63,894 bases of DNA, filler included, from Octopus bimaculoides (GCF_001194135.2; 4 parts of 4 records of this genome joined end to end with filler, not necessarily neighbours in it), one strand, 5' to 3'; counted from the whole stretch's first letter, positions 24,606 to 38,530 are shown. Numbers and translations are program-made. Notes: generated by a model from the letters alone, not told the origin.

Positions 24606-27600
24606 NNNNNNNNNNNNNNNNNNNNNNNNNNNNNNNNNNNNNNNNNNNNTTAATTAATTAANNNNNNNNNNNNNNNNNNNNNNNNNNNNNNNNNNNNNNN
24701 NNNNNTCTCTTTAGCGTTGATGATAATTATTTTCACAATAAGTACGGGTAAACAACTCTGAAGCTCAAAGTAAATAAAAAATTTAATTGCTATATACAAC
24801 GAGTAACGGGCCTCTTATTTGTTTAGTACTGTAACAACTCATATATTTCGATATTATTGTACCTCCTCAGTGAAACATAGTCGTAGGAATACTTAGCAGA
24901 ACTTTATAACGACTGAAAGAATATACAAATTTTCATTGTAAAAATTATTTAGTGTACATACCAAAGGACAAACTTATTCAGCACTGGATTAAACCATTCA
25001 ATTTTTAATTAATTTTATTTGGAATTTGTCTTCCTTGCTTTTTCAAGAATTGTCATTAACGTTAATTTTTTTCATTTTCACTGTGTAATTTTAATTAATA
25101 TTTTTGCTTCAATAAATTGAGTTAACTCTGATTTAATCAAATTTAATTACTAGCAGAGATATCCGGTGTTGCTCGGAATTAAAATGGCATAGTTTGTATA
25201 TATATATTACAGCTATGTTGAAACAGGTGATATGGGAAAGTGCAGCATTGATGACAAAATATTTGTGGAGTAAATGAAGGTTTAATCTGACCAAGCAACA
25301 TGGATGCCCTAACCTGTCATGGAAGGTAATTTTTGAACACACCGTAAAGCTCTTAGTGGATATACGCGTCTTTGAGGCGGTCAGTGATGCATCTAACACG
25401 ATCCGTCGTATAGTTAACAGTCAGGTGAATGGAGGTGCAGTGGAGATATTATTCGTAAATGGGTACATTCCGGAAATGGGCTGCAATGGGAGACAGTAAC
25501 GGGGATGCGAACTGTTGAAATGTTACAGAAAGTAAAGGGTTGATATTGGATTGCTGGTGTGGCTGCAGAATAACATGAAGTGGTTGGTGAAAGTAACTGG
25601 TGAACATGATTTGATACTGAGGTCCATGCAATAGATTGCTTTGTTGGTGCAGTCTTCGGGTTTGTTGATATTTTTTTACACATACAGATATGTATATGTA
25701 TGCGTAACGCGGAAAGACACACACTTTATCAGACATGTACGCACTCATACACTTACACACATACACTTACACACATACACTCACAGACAGGTACACAGTC
25801 ATGTAAAAAATGTGATGTCGTTGTCGTCGTGGTATAAAATGTCTTGCTGACAATAGAAAGATTATCTTTATGAAATGTTATATTGCTTTAATGGAAATGA
25901 AAATAAAATTATTCGTATTGACACTGGCCAGCCCTCACTTACATATAGTTAGATAGACACACACAGACATACATTCATGTCAGTCGTCACATATGTATAT
26001 GTATGTTATCACATATGTATATATATGTGATACGTAATACCAAACCAGTGCCAATGATGCAGTTTAATCCAAATGACTAAAAAAAATACGTTGACACTCA
26101 CGAGGTCTGATAGTATTACCATATAAAATTTTATTTGATTGGATTGAGCCGTTTCCAAAATTCTACCAAGGAAGATTGCATTTTCTTCCGTTTTAGCTTT
26201 CATTGCTTAAGCAAATTTTCCTCTTTGAAAAATAAGTCTTTAAATTAATGACTTTTCGTTGATTGATATGCTATAAAAGGATATATTTCAGGAACAAAAA
26301 TACGATTTATTCATTGTTTTACTAAAGGTTGTGAGATGACCAGAAACATTGTCTAAAACTAACAAAACTCTGTAAGTAAGATCGTTTGTCTACAATATAT
26401 AACTCTAGCCAGGCAATCTTTCAGGAAAACTTTGATCATTCATTCTTTTTCGTTAGAACGCCAAAATGCTAGTAGAGATCTTACTTATAACCGTTAGAGT
26501 CTTGGGTTCTGTAGGCGATACACAAACATGGATAATAATTTAAATGTCACCTTCAGTATTTTCTCCCTTTAGAATTAAGCGATCTGTCGAATTGGGTGAT
26601 ACAAATTTTCTTCATTCGGTGAAAGATTTTTTAAGGTATTTTTTCCCAGAAAAGGCCGTTCCATGAATATATAATACATAGTTCTGCGTGTTTTTCTTCG
26701 TAACATCTGGGTATTTCACGCACTGAAATTTACTGGCACTTGAACGATCAGAGAGAATTTCTGTTCGAGCTTTGAATCAATAAAACCAACCAGAATTAGC
26801 AGTAAATCGTCCTTTGATTCTTGCTAGAATATCATTGTATTTCGCTAAGCTTCTTCAATCGCAGAGATTTTAGTAGTCATGGTGCTTAAAGGGATTTCTT
26901 TTTTTTGGTTGTAAATTTCATCGAAAATGGCAAAAGACTCTTTATTTAAGTCATAATATTGCTTCTATTTATTCTTTGTTTACGAAATTAAAGTTGATAT
27001 CGATTTGCTTTTTCTCCACATAGTCACCTGTCTTACATCTGTCTGCTCTGTTGGTTAATGTATTCCCAGGCCTCATCTTATTTTTCCTTTACTGTCACCA
27101 CATTCTAGAGTCTCAAACTACCAGTTCACGAACCTGTACTGGACTGTAGATCATTTGATACCGGCCGCACAGAAGAATAAAGTTTTTGATTTTATTTCTA
27201 TTTTATTGACTATTACAATCAGCAGAGTTTTTTTTGCGTTATGTATACATATTATATATATAAGAGTTAAATTATATCTTCTGCTCTTTATTGAGTTTGG
27301 TTATGCTCGTGATGCTCCGGTCCGTGGAAAAATTGTGGGCGCTGCTGACCACATTGATGTCGTTTTATAACTTCCAATTTATCACCATGAGATAGCACTT
27401 TCCTTTTCTTTATCAACACCAAAAGTTTAATCTTCAGTAAACAAGGTTAGATAATACATCATATTTTGGTGTACATAACCGCAATAACCAACATTAGAGC
27501 TGATACATATAGAGACAATTGCATTAAGACAAAGAAGGAGAAGAATTATAAATTTAATGGCAGCTAACCGCCATACAACAATTACTACCAATGCATTGCT

Positions 27601-27721
27601 CTGATCTTTGTTAACCTACATCTGCACGTTGTTAATGTATACTTGGATTTCTGATTGTTTCAATTTATGTACCGTATTAGTTAGAGAGCCGTGTTACCCG
27701 AAACTACTTAATCGAATCTCA

Positions 27722-27810
<89 letters not shown>

Positions 27811-29137
27811 GTGCACATATGTGTGTAAACGCATTTAATACCTCTATGTCAATGATGGTGTATACGTACATGCTTATCGTATATTGTAGTGTGTACAAAA
27901 TATTTGTCTTTACTAAGTGTCGCAATACATTTTGAATGATGGGTAGCAACGAGTCATTTATTCCACTGACATATCTTTCTACTTCACTTTGCATCTGTTT
28001 GCTTCACTTATCTTATGTACACACCCGAAAATACACATGCCTATATTTTTCTATATTTTTTGTTTCTTTATTTCTAACATATGCAATGTCACACATATAA
28101 TGAACACGCTCTCAAACGACAGTAAACACACGTGACACATGTATGTCGGTATTACTGCGTATATGTGTGTGTACGCGCAGAAACTAACCGTTTTAAGTTA
28201 GTGCTGTTATGATGTATAAAGATACACACACATACGTTTAGATGTACGTATGAATATATATATGTATGTGTGTCTGCATGTACGCATGTAATCGCACTAT
28301 CTTTGCTTCTAGCCATTATTGAATATGCAAGCATACATATAAACATAGTGGCAGCGATATATATNNNNNNNNNNNNNNNNNNNNNNNNNNNNNNNNNNNN
28401 NNNNNNNNNNNNNNNNNNNNNNNNNNNNNNNNNNNNNNNNNNNNNNNNNNNNNNNNNNNNNNNNNNNNNNNNNNNNNNNNNNNNNNNNNNNNNNNNNNNN
28501 NNNNNNNNNNNNNNNNNNNNNNNNNNNNNNNNNNNNNNNNNNNNNNNNNNNNNNNNNNNNNNNNNNNNNNNNNNNNNNNNNNNNNNNNNNNNNNNNNNNN
28601 NNNNNNNNNNNNNNNNNNNNNNNNNNNNNNNNNNNNNNNNNNNNNNNNNNNNNNNNNNNNNNNNNNNNNNNNNNNNNNNNNNNNNNNNNNNNNNNNNNNN
28701 NNNNNNNNNNNNNNNNNNNNNNNNNNNNNNNNNNNNNNNNNNNNNNNNNNNNNNNNNNNNNNNNNNNNNNNNNNNNNNNNNNNNNNNNNNNNNNNNNNNN
28801 NNNNNNNNNNNNNNNNNNNNNNNNNNNNNNNNNNNNNNNNNNNNNNNNNNNNNNNNNNNNNNNNNNNNNNNNNNNNNNNNNNNNNNNNNNNNNNNNNNNN
28901 NNNNNNNNNNNNNNNNNNNNNNNNNNNNNNNNNNNNNNNNNNNNNNNNNNNNNNNNNNNNNNNNNNNNNNNNNNNNNNNNNNNNNNNNNNNNNNNNNNNN
29001 NNNNNNNNNNNNNNNNNNNNNNNNNNNNNNNNNNNNNNNNNNNNNNNNNNNNNNNNNNNNNNNNNNNNNNNNNNNNNNNNNNNNNNNNNNNNNNNNNNNN
29101 NNNNNNNNNNNNNNNNNNNNNNNNNNNNNNNNNNNNN

Positions 29138-29205
<68 letters not shown>

Positions 29206-29471
29206 GTGTGTGCATGCGTGCACGTGTATGCTATATATTAGAGACATGACTATGTTCCAGTTAAATTTTGTTATTAAGGGTTTTTCAATTTCCTTATAAA
29301 TCCTTAATGTTTGGTCTCAAAGAATAGTTTTCCGAAATCCATTAATCCATTGGGGTTTCAAGACCTTCCCGGTCTCATTATCAGAATGGAGTGACGGTAA
29401 TTATGGCATTTCATTCGTGCCGTACCTCACAGAGGATCATAGTAATACTGATAAAATTCTATAACATTTAC

Positions 29472-30459
29472 GGATCTTGTTCAAAACGGGGGCACCAGTA
29501 TTTTCTTAACGAAACACTTTGAAACTTAGGACACTGGTAGAATGTGTCATATAAAACATCTTTTTCTCTTAGTCTTCTTAACAAAAAAACGTATATCGCA
29601 AGTTATTTCATGTTAAAGTTGTCGTATTTCTGTAATTTCAACCAATGACTGACGTCCATTCAGCCGTAAAAATTAAGTGCTGACTACGTAAACAAACGAT
29701 TCGCGGCGGTGATAAAATTATTATTTCCTTGTCAGAAAATGGCTGAAGCATATTGGCAGTAGCTAATAAACCTTTCTATTATAGGCACAAGGTATGGTTT
29801 TTGAGGGAAGGAGCAAGTCAATTAGCGTTAGGGTTAGGGAAAACGAACACACGTGTGTTGCCTCTGCAAAATGTCAGAAGTAATGGAGATTAAATACGCT
29901 TTACACCGCTTAGGAGTAACTGTAAACAGCTGAATACTTGTCAGTGATTGGTTGAAATTANNNNNNNNNNATGTTAAAGTTGTCGTATTTCTGTAATTTC
30001 AACCAATGACTGACGTCCATTCAGCCGTAAAAATTAAGTGCTGACTACGTAAACAAACGATTCGCGGCGGTGATAAAATTATTATTTCCTTGTCAGAAAA
30101 TGGCTGAAGCATATTGGCAGTAGCTAATAAACCTTTCTATTATAGGCACAAGGTATGGTTTTTGAGGGAAGGAGCAAGTCAATTAGCGTTAGGGTTAGGG
30201 AAAACGAACACACGTGTGTTGCCTCTGCAAAATGTCAGAAGTAATGGAGATTAAATACGCTTTACACCGCTTAGGAGTAACTGTAAACAGCTGAATACTT
30301 GTCAGTGATTGGTTGAAATTATCGAAATAAGACAATTTTTTACATGAAATAAATCCGAACACAAAATAGATAAGTATACGAAGTTTGAAAGTCTTTCGGT
30401 ACCAAAAACACTACATAAAACATTAATGAAAACTGGTGCCCCCGTTTTGAACAAGATCC
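29472..30459. mobile_element. Non-autonomous TIR DNA transposon, copy 1 (about 630 bp after removing an apparent assembly duplication)
   Basis: Perfect 28-bp TIR GGATCTTGTTCAAAACGGGGGCACCAGT at 29472-29499 and 30432-30459. 8-bp TSD ACATTTAC at 29464-29471 and 30460-30467. Confidence 0.92.
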
Positions 30460-30971
30460 ACATTTACTAATAGTAAAAATGCAAACCAATTATCAGCATA
30501 TAAGACGTAAAGTAAATCATGAATCTACCTAGGTCTAACTGTTATATAATGTTTAAATCTGGCCTTTTGACAATGTATAAATTATAACGGTATTCTTATG
30601 ATCCTTCGAAAAGTTCGAAACAGTGTATTAAAAACACGTTGCTAATAACATCGCTTCATTCTGAGGATGAGATCAAGAATGGTTTGAAGCGTTAAAGGAT
30701 GAATCAATTTGGAAACACTAATGTTGAAAATTAAAAAGGTACTAAAAAGGAAATATGAAAAAACATTTAATTCCAATGCTGTCATATTTTCAGTATAAAG
30801 TTTGAAAGAAAAGTTGCTCCCTACTCATAAATATGTATGTATGTATGTATGTATGTATGTTTGTATGTATGTATCTGTGTATATATGTATGTATGTATGT
30901 GTGTATATATGTATGTATGTGTGTATATATATATGTACATATCTATCTATATCTATCTGTCTATCTATCTG

Positions 30972-31044
<73 letters not shown>

Positions 31045-32282
31045 NNNNNNNNNNNNNNNNNNNNNNNNNNNNNNNNNNNNNNNNNNNNNNNNNNNNNNNN
31101 NNNNNNNNNNNNNNNNNNNNNNNNNNNNNNNNNNNNNNNNNNNNNNNNNNNNNNNNNNNNNNNNNNNNNNNNNNNNNNNNNNNNNNNNNNNNNNNNNNNN
31201 NNNNNNNNNNNNNNNNNNNNNNNNNNNNNNNNNNNNNNNNNNNNNNNNNNNNNNNNNNNNNNNNNNNNNNNNNNNNNNNNNNNNNNNNNNNNNNNNNNNN
31301 NNNNNNNNNNNNNNNNNNNNNNNNNNNNNNNNNNNNNNNNNNNNNNNNNNNNNNNNNNNNNNNNNNNNNNNNNNNNNNNNNNNNNNNNNNNNNNNNNNNN
31401 NNNNNNNNNNNNCAGTATTATCCATACAATTTCAAAATAAGGTGATTAAAACCAAAATAAGCAACAAGGATATCTAGAGGTAATGCAGTACGATCGTTTC
31501 AAGCAACTCCATTTAATTGAACAATGCAATCATTACACCAATTTAAATGCAGAGCAATCTTCAGCTGCATAAAGACAGAATTTAATTAAATTAAAACAAA
31601 TGGACACATTAGTATAATTTTACTTAAAATCTCCAAGAAGGTAAGAAGATAGACAAAGAACATGATGCCTTCACTTCAACTTAGAAGCTACTAAGGTATC
31701 AAGAAGAAAGACTTGTTACAGATTTTGCTTGTCACTGTTTTATGGGGTCAGTTTTAATTTATAGACTAGTTTTATCAAATCTTTGTATATCTAAGGCCGA
31801 GAGAACAAGGAGCAGTGTCTGTTAGGAATGGGGCTGAGGGAGTTGACAGAAATCATAGTGGGTATAGTCATAAAAATACTATCAAGATTTATTAGAAGCA
31901 ATATCATGAGATTTGGTAAAGGAAAACTTAAATCAAGATGTTAGCTGCTTAGATTATAATTTAATTAATTCATAGTAAATTTGTTCTTTCGCCTCAATGC
32001 TAAATCTTCTTGATAACCCTAAATTTTAACTTTATACAATACGGCTATATTGTTTATGGCTATACCCACTATGAATAAGAGTTTTAGGAGTCCAACAACT
32101 GTTTCTGGGGGCTTGGTGGTTCAAAATAATGATTGCAAATTGATTCCATCATCGGATAGTGCCAGCCTCTGTCTTCAGGAAAGAATTTTACATTTGAGGT
32201 GTTGTCAGAAAGGAAATTAAAGATAATCTTTAATCTCATTTCTATTTTGTGTAAGTCGGACCTATTTATATGTAAACATATG

Positions 32283-33550
32283 TACATTAAGAATGAAATG
32301 TCCAATTTTGAATTGAAAGTATTTTACTTTATCTCAACAAAAAGCAGTGCGGTTAATCAAAGTATGAACCTAAATTATCAACACAATTTTGCCATTTTAT
32401 CGGTAGCTTATTTATGTCAGCAGCGAATAATTCTGGAGAGCAAGAAAGGCTCTTTTTGCATCGTCGTCAGATTCGAAGTTTTTTTCCTTGCAAAAAGTTG
32501 TTTATTGCCTGGAAAACGTGTTAGTCAGTTAGTGCAAGGTCTAGTGATTATGGTGGATGACAGAGTACTTCCAAATCAAGTTCATGTAACTTGATTAGCG
32601 TTCTTTGTGCAGCATGTGGTCGAGTATTGTCTTGCAAGAGAATTGGCCTGTCTCTATTGACCAATCTCGGTTATTTACTAGAAAGTTCTCTCATCATTTC
32701 ACCCAACTTATTGATGTATACATCCGCGTTAATTGACTTACCAGGTCTCATGAAGCTGTAGTGGATGGCACCAGCGCTGGACCACCAAACAGACACCATT
32801 AGTTTTTTTTAGTGAACATTCTTTTTTGGATTGTGTTTTGGCACTTCGTTTCCATCCAATCGCCATGCAGAATGCTTGCTATTGTTGAAAAGAATCTATT
32901 TATCATCACACGTAACAATATGAAGCAAAAATGGTTCACTTTTATGCCGTGACAGCAAAGAATGCAAGTTTCAAGAGGACGTGTCGTTTGATGCTCGTTC
33001 AGTTCATGTGGTATCCACTTGTCCAGATTCTCTACCTTGCCGATTTGTTTCAGATGATCCAATACAGTTGAAATCGAAACATCAAACCTTGCTTCTAACT
33101 CATGCATAGTTTGAGATGTATCCGCTTCCACTACAGTTTCCAGCTCATCATTATCCACCTTGGCCTCAGGTCTACTACGGGGCTGATTTTCAAGAATGAA
33201 GTCACCAGACCGGAACTTCTCAAACCAACGATGTACAGTGCGTTCATTCGCCACATCTTCGTCAAACACCTCATTGATGTTTCAAGCTGTCAGAGAATTC
33301 ATTGGCTCCACGACGGAACTCATATTCATAAACAACACGAATTTTTTTATCTATCCATGGGTTCACAAAAATTGGTTTACAAGAGAAAATTCACAATATA
33401 ATCAGACACCATAAATTGCATTTCAAAAAGTAATGACGTAACTCTTGAATGTTGTAAAACAAAGAATTGTCAGGATAAAACATTGGAGTTACCGACTGTC
33501 AAACTTGGTGCATAGGAAAATCGGACATTTCATTTTTAATGACCTGATCT
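32283..33550 (-). mobile_element. Near full-length decayed mariner (DD34D) transposon; transposase pseudogene at about 33358-32380
   Basis: ERTVHRWFEKFRSGDF..LENQPRSRP, KWIPHEL, VTCDDK, LLQDNTRPH, HPP*SLDLALTD*H. Eroded TIRs attaa(g/a)aatgaaatgtcc(a/g)atttt at both ends, about 1.27 kb apart. Confidence 0.93.
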
Positions 33551-33627
33551 ATATACGTGTGTGTGTGTGTGTGTGTGTACATATGTATATATACATATAT
33601 ATATTTATATGTATATATATATATATG

Positions 33628-33669
<42 letters not shown>

Positions 33670-33794
33670 TATGTATGTACGTATGTATGTATGTGTGTAT
33701 ATGTATCTCAGTTGTTTTAGTCATTAGAATGCTGCCATACTAGGCATCACCTTGCAGGATTTTTTGTCGCATGTACATTTTGAAGCCTGTAACT

Positions 33795-33919
33795 TATTCT
33801 ATCAGTTTCTTTGCCATACCGCTAGGCTACGGGGACGTAAACACACCAACAGCGGTCGTCAAACGGTAGTGTGGGACAATCATAAGCATAAATACTTTCA
33901 CATACACACACAAACACAA

Positions 33920-33952
<33 letters not shown>

Positions 33953-33960
33953 AACACATA
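33795..33960 (-). mobile_element. SINE family B, 3' half
   Basis: gctacggggacgtaaacacaccaac matches 8975-8995 in reverse. Confidence 0.7.
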
Positions 33961-34428
33961 CATATTTCTATAATATTTAAAGAAAAATGAACTAAGAGAA
34001 GCAACTTAGATTGGCCAGTGTCGTCAATATGGATTATGGATGATGAAAGAGAGGAATAGTATTATATCAAAAATCATAAATAATAAATTTTTGAATGATA
34101 AAAATTATCATTACTTTGAAAGAACAGTAAACAATAACCTCGTGGCAATGGTGACCAACTCCAAATGAAAGACAACATAATCTCAAGAACCAAGAATTCG
34201 CCGAAATTGATATGGCATTAAGGAAAAGATAGATTGATTAGAGAAAAGAGGACAGCTGTAAAAACGTATTTCTTCTTCAAAAGTTATCATTAACACAGCA
34301 GTTGTCCCACTTTCACTCCAGCAGTTGAGAGACTTAGGCAGGGTAGAAAACATATAGGTAGAAAACATAGCAAAACTGAAAGAAGAGAAATAAATTAGAG
34401 GGGATGTATATGTTTGTATGTATGTATG

Positions 34429-34460
<32 letters not shown>

Positions 34461-35664
34461 AATTATTGAAAGGAGTTGGAAATCAGCACCGTCATTTTTA
34501 ACGGGTACCACACGAGTTAATGAATAAGAAATACACATTTACACAATCGTATTATTTACATGTAATTTCAAGTGAGATTATTTTTCCATGAAGGTTTTTT
34601 GCAAGCAAACTATGGAAAGTAGTTATGAGAAAAATTACTTTTGTTTGTTTTCTGGGTGGGTTTTTTTTTTCCTACAAATTCTAACCTTTCCTTATAAAAT
34701 AAATAGTGATAAAATACGTTTCCCTTGTATATTGTTTTAATTTTAAATAAATATTTTTGGTCTTAACTTTTTTTTACTTAGAAATATAAATGTTCTATAT
34801 AGATTTGTTTTTATTAAAAAAGAAATTAAGAAAATATTTAAATAGTAATGAAAGATTGAGTCAAAAATATTTCTCAGACTTAATTTTCTGGACGACATTT
34901 GAAACTTCAGGAATTTCATTGCTAAATTAAACTTGGTTCAAAATTTTTAATACATTTATTACGAGTCTGATGATATCCTTTAACTGTAAATATTCCCAAC
35001 CAGCTCTTTAGGGTGGTGCTCAAAACTGGTTCCATGGCTTTCATTGGATGACATAAACCTCCCAACCTAGATAGGACGCCTGTTTCTTGTCGATTAACTG
35101 CAGATCAGCCCTGTTTATGATCACAGACATTCCAGCCTTTTTGTATTTTTTCGGCATTGCTCAGTGTGCACTTGTTACTTTTTTTATATGACGCTTGGTG
35201 TGATTTAAGAAAATGCAACTGCTGTTTTTTAGCTGGTCGAGTTATGATGCAATGTAAAGAAAGAGGAGCCTTTTCAGAACTACAGTGGAGGGAGGACAAG
35301 TATACTGAATGTTCCATTTCCTAAAACCAAAGGTATTCAACTTAATATTAGATTACTGTTTTGGTCTTCAGGATTAAACTGTCTCATTTTTGTTTTTTCT
35401 TTATCATATCGGCTTTTGAGGCTTCGTCAGCGGATTTCAAATTTAAAAGCTGGTGAAATGTTGACCTTGAGCAATCTCCAGTGTACAAAATCTCTCTTTG
35501 GCTTGATGTAGGTTGTTTATTTATCTTTGCTGTGTGGATAGTGTTCAACTGAAACACATGACTTCTTTGCAGCAGAGGTGATCAGGGAAATCTACTATTG
35601 GTTTGCCAACGTTTGCAGTCGAAAAATGGTGTATTTCGGATTCATTTCTTTACTGCAGCTATAC

Positions 35665-35750
35665 GGTTGTTGTTGTTTTTTTAACCCTAAGTCAATCCTG
35701 ATGGATCGAACCAGTGATGAAAGGCATTGTAGCTCGGGATCAAAGCCGTT
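35665..35750 (-). mobile_element. Dispersed repeat family D, 3' end with (CAA)n tail
   Basis: Related to 50960-51030 and 54640-54715. Confidence 0.45.
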
Positions 35751-35960
35751 CCGTCGTTTTTACCAAACATAGTGTATATTGGACTACATCAATCAATGTG
35801 TATTTACATTTTGTTAATAAGGTGGGTTGTGTTATACGTGAGATTTAGCAGTTATTTCTATTGGGTGGAGTATCGACTGCTCAAAGATTTCCAGGCTGTC
35901 CCGTTGCTAGTGTTCGTGCTAGTATTTATTTGTTGGTTGCTCGCTCAATGTGTTATAATT

Positions 35961-36342
35961 CAATGTTATTATCAGTCCAAATATGCTTGATGCACGTTCG
36001 AACTGGGGAACAAGCTACTCAGTGTTTTGTCACGGAGAATATATCTCACTTGTTGACAAATGGTGTGTGTATACCTAGATCAGCTCGCAGCACAAGCTAC
36101 TACGAGATGTTAACATTTCGGAGCAGTTGTCTCCTCATCGGTCACAGAAACTAAGCAGGCGGTACTACGAAATGTTTGTACTTAGATATGTTAACATTTC
36201 ACAGTCTAGGTAGATGGCGCTGCGATCTAGGTGTATCCACACCATTTGTCAACTCGCGAGATATATTCTCCATAACAAATCGCAGTGAGTAGTTTGTTCC
36301 CCAGTTTGAACTTTCATCAAGCATATTCGAATTGATAACATG
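35961..36342. mobile_element. Foldback MITE-like element with arms of about 130 bp
   Basis: aatatgcttgatg..gttcgaactggggaacaagctactc..gagaatatatctc..gttgacaaatggtgtg..tacctagatc is mirrored at 36225-36327. No clear TSD. Confidence 0.8.
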
Positions 36343-37409
36343 GCATTTTCATTTATCACTGTTTTAGCTCCCCTCCGTAATGTGTTATAAGTACTGCATT
36401 GAGATTATGTTCGGATAAATTAACTGCAAAGTAAACTTCTTAATCATACACTCCAGTGGTGTTTGCATATAATGTATGCTAGCTCAAGTAACTGTAGCCT
36501 TCGTAAAGCCTTCATTAGGAGCAGCCAACAGTAAATAATAAACCGGATAATTATATGATTCAAGACTTAAAATGATATCTCTCAGTTTATTCCTTTCCTA
36601 TTTATTCGGTATACTTATATTACGCTCAATCTATTACCTACCAAGAGAACAAACTGGAAGATCGATGTTTGGTTTTGCCACCAGCATTGTCTAGCAGGTT
36701 CTAAATAGAGACAGAGAGGTAACATTTTTTTCTTCTGTAAGCACTGATTATTGCACTGTAAAATATAGCAACGACTCCTTTTTCTGTGTTGAATTTCCTT
36801 ATTTACAAAGAAGTTACTTGTGATAGGCTTATGTTGTTTGCATGAGTAGAGTTGCCTTTCATCTGCATAATACAACAGAAACTAGCAGAGATAAGCACTG
36901 ATATTGCCAGTCCAACTGTTGTGACATCTCTTATTGTAATCCACTCTCATTTTAATTCTCTCACTCTCACATACTGATTCTCTGCTGCTCTGATTAGACG
37001 TGATATAAAAACCTTCTCCTTCCACTCACTTTCATTTTATATCTTCTACAGCCACTCAGAGCCTCTCTAGTTATTCTTTGATTGTCACCTACTTCCTTAC
37101 TGTGACCTCAAATAACATCTCTGTTATATGTAAATAACGTATCTCTTTACTTTGGCAACAGATAAATGCACATAACTAATTATGTATAGATTATATATGT
37201 GGGTTTGTTTGTGCGTTTGAGCGTGTGCGTAAGCATATGTGTATCATTCAGCGATTCCCACACCCTTTCTATTTGTCCTTTGAGAACCGCCTAATTCTGC
37301 ATATATCCTTACCATGACAGCAAATAAATCCAGGATTTGAAAGAAGAGAGATGTATTCTTCAATTATCAAAATGGAATTATCATAAGCCATCTACTTTGC
37401 CTTTGTATA

Positions 37410-37474
<65 letters not shown>

Positions 37475-37479
37475 ATTAG

Positions 37480-37739
37480 AAGTATCTGTCTTTTATCGTT
37501 TGCTAGATCACTGCAATGAACGGTTTAGTCAAACAAATTAACTCCCGTACTAATTTTTCAAAGCATAGTACTTTTCCCTTTCGGTTTATTTTGCCAAAGC
37601 ATTAAGTTACGGGGACGTTAACAAACCAACACCGGTTGTCAAGCAGTGCTGGAGAGACAAACACGACACAAACACAAAGACACATATGTACATGAATACA
37701 TACATACACACATACATACACACAGATATTTATATACAT

Positions 37740-37806
<67 letters not shown>

Positions 37807-37861
37807 AACAGGCAGGCAGGCAGACAGGCAGACAGGCAGACAGGCAAAGAGACAGACAGAC

Positions 37862-37930
<69 letters not shown>

Positions 37931-38060
37931 TACGACGGCCTTCACAGTTTCTGTCAGTCAAATTCACTCACAAAGTATTGGTTGGCTCTAGACTAGAGTT
38001 GAAGACTCTTGCCCAAGATGGGACTGAACCCAATACTACTTCTTAACCACACAGCTCTGT
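37480..38060 (-). mobile_element. SINE family B with internal (GATA)/(GACA)/(GGCA) tract
   Basis: Family B head and tail flank a compound tetranucleotide tract at 37740-37930. Confidence 0.8.
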
Positions 38061-38389
38061 CTACACTTAGGTATTCATATATGTATATATGAATACGTAT
38101 GTATATAGGTAGCCCAAATGCTTGGTTGGTCTGGTCCTGTCGAGCTTTGATTCTCTGACTGTGTATGAATGTTTTAGCCAGAGTAAGAGTGTTTTAGCCG
38201 GAAACCTGACTCGATTTGTTTAGTAAATAGATCTTCGGTCAGTTTTTATAATAAACATCCCTTTGATTCGATCAATAGATGTTACTCCTTGTTGAGTAAT
38301 AGTATAAGGAAATGTTTCTAGACATTTGTATCTTTAAGTTGATCCACTGACCACTCAGCATAACACTGTGTGAGAAAAGACTTTCAAAC

Positions 38390-38530
38390 AGTCTTTGTCT
38401 ATCTATTTTCTTTCACAAGGCTTTGGCCAATACAACGCTAAGTGGTAGGAGGGACATGCCTGAGTTACTGCGTAGTGGGATCGAAACTAGAGTCTAATGA
38501 GTGTGAAGCGAACTTTTTAACCATTCGGCT
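38390..38530 (-). mobile_element. SINE family B head, diverged
   Basis: cacaaggctttggcc...gtagtgggatcgaaac...ttaaccattcggc. Confidence 0.5.

Noticed and set aside
24650-24661. TTAATTAATTAA islands inside gaps (also 40071-40082 and 61876-61887)
   Set aside because: Each is 44 N + 12 bp + 44 N = 100 bp, and the 12-mer has stops in all six frames. This is an assembly spacer, not biology.
29610-30321. Perfect 351-bp tandem duplication
   Set aside because: Identical copies flank a 10-N gap: an unmerged contig overlap.
32088-32198. 111-nt open plus-strand frame (SPTTVSGGLVVQNNDCKLIP...)
   Set aside because: Acceptor and donor (gtgttg) are both weak, and no homology was recognised.
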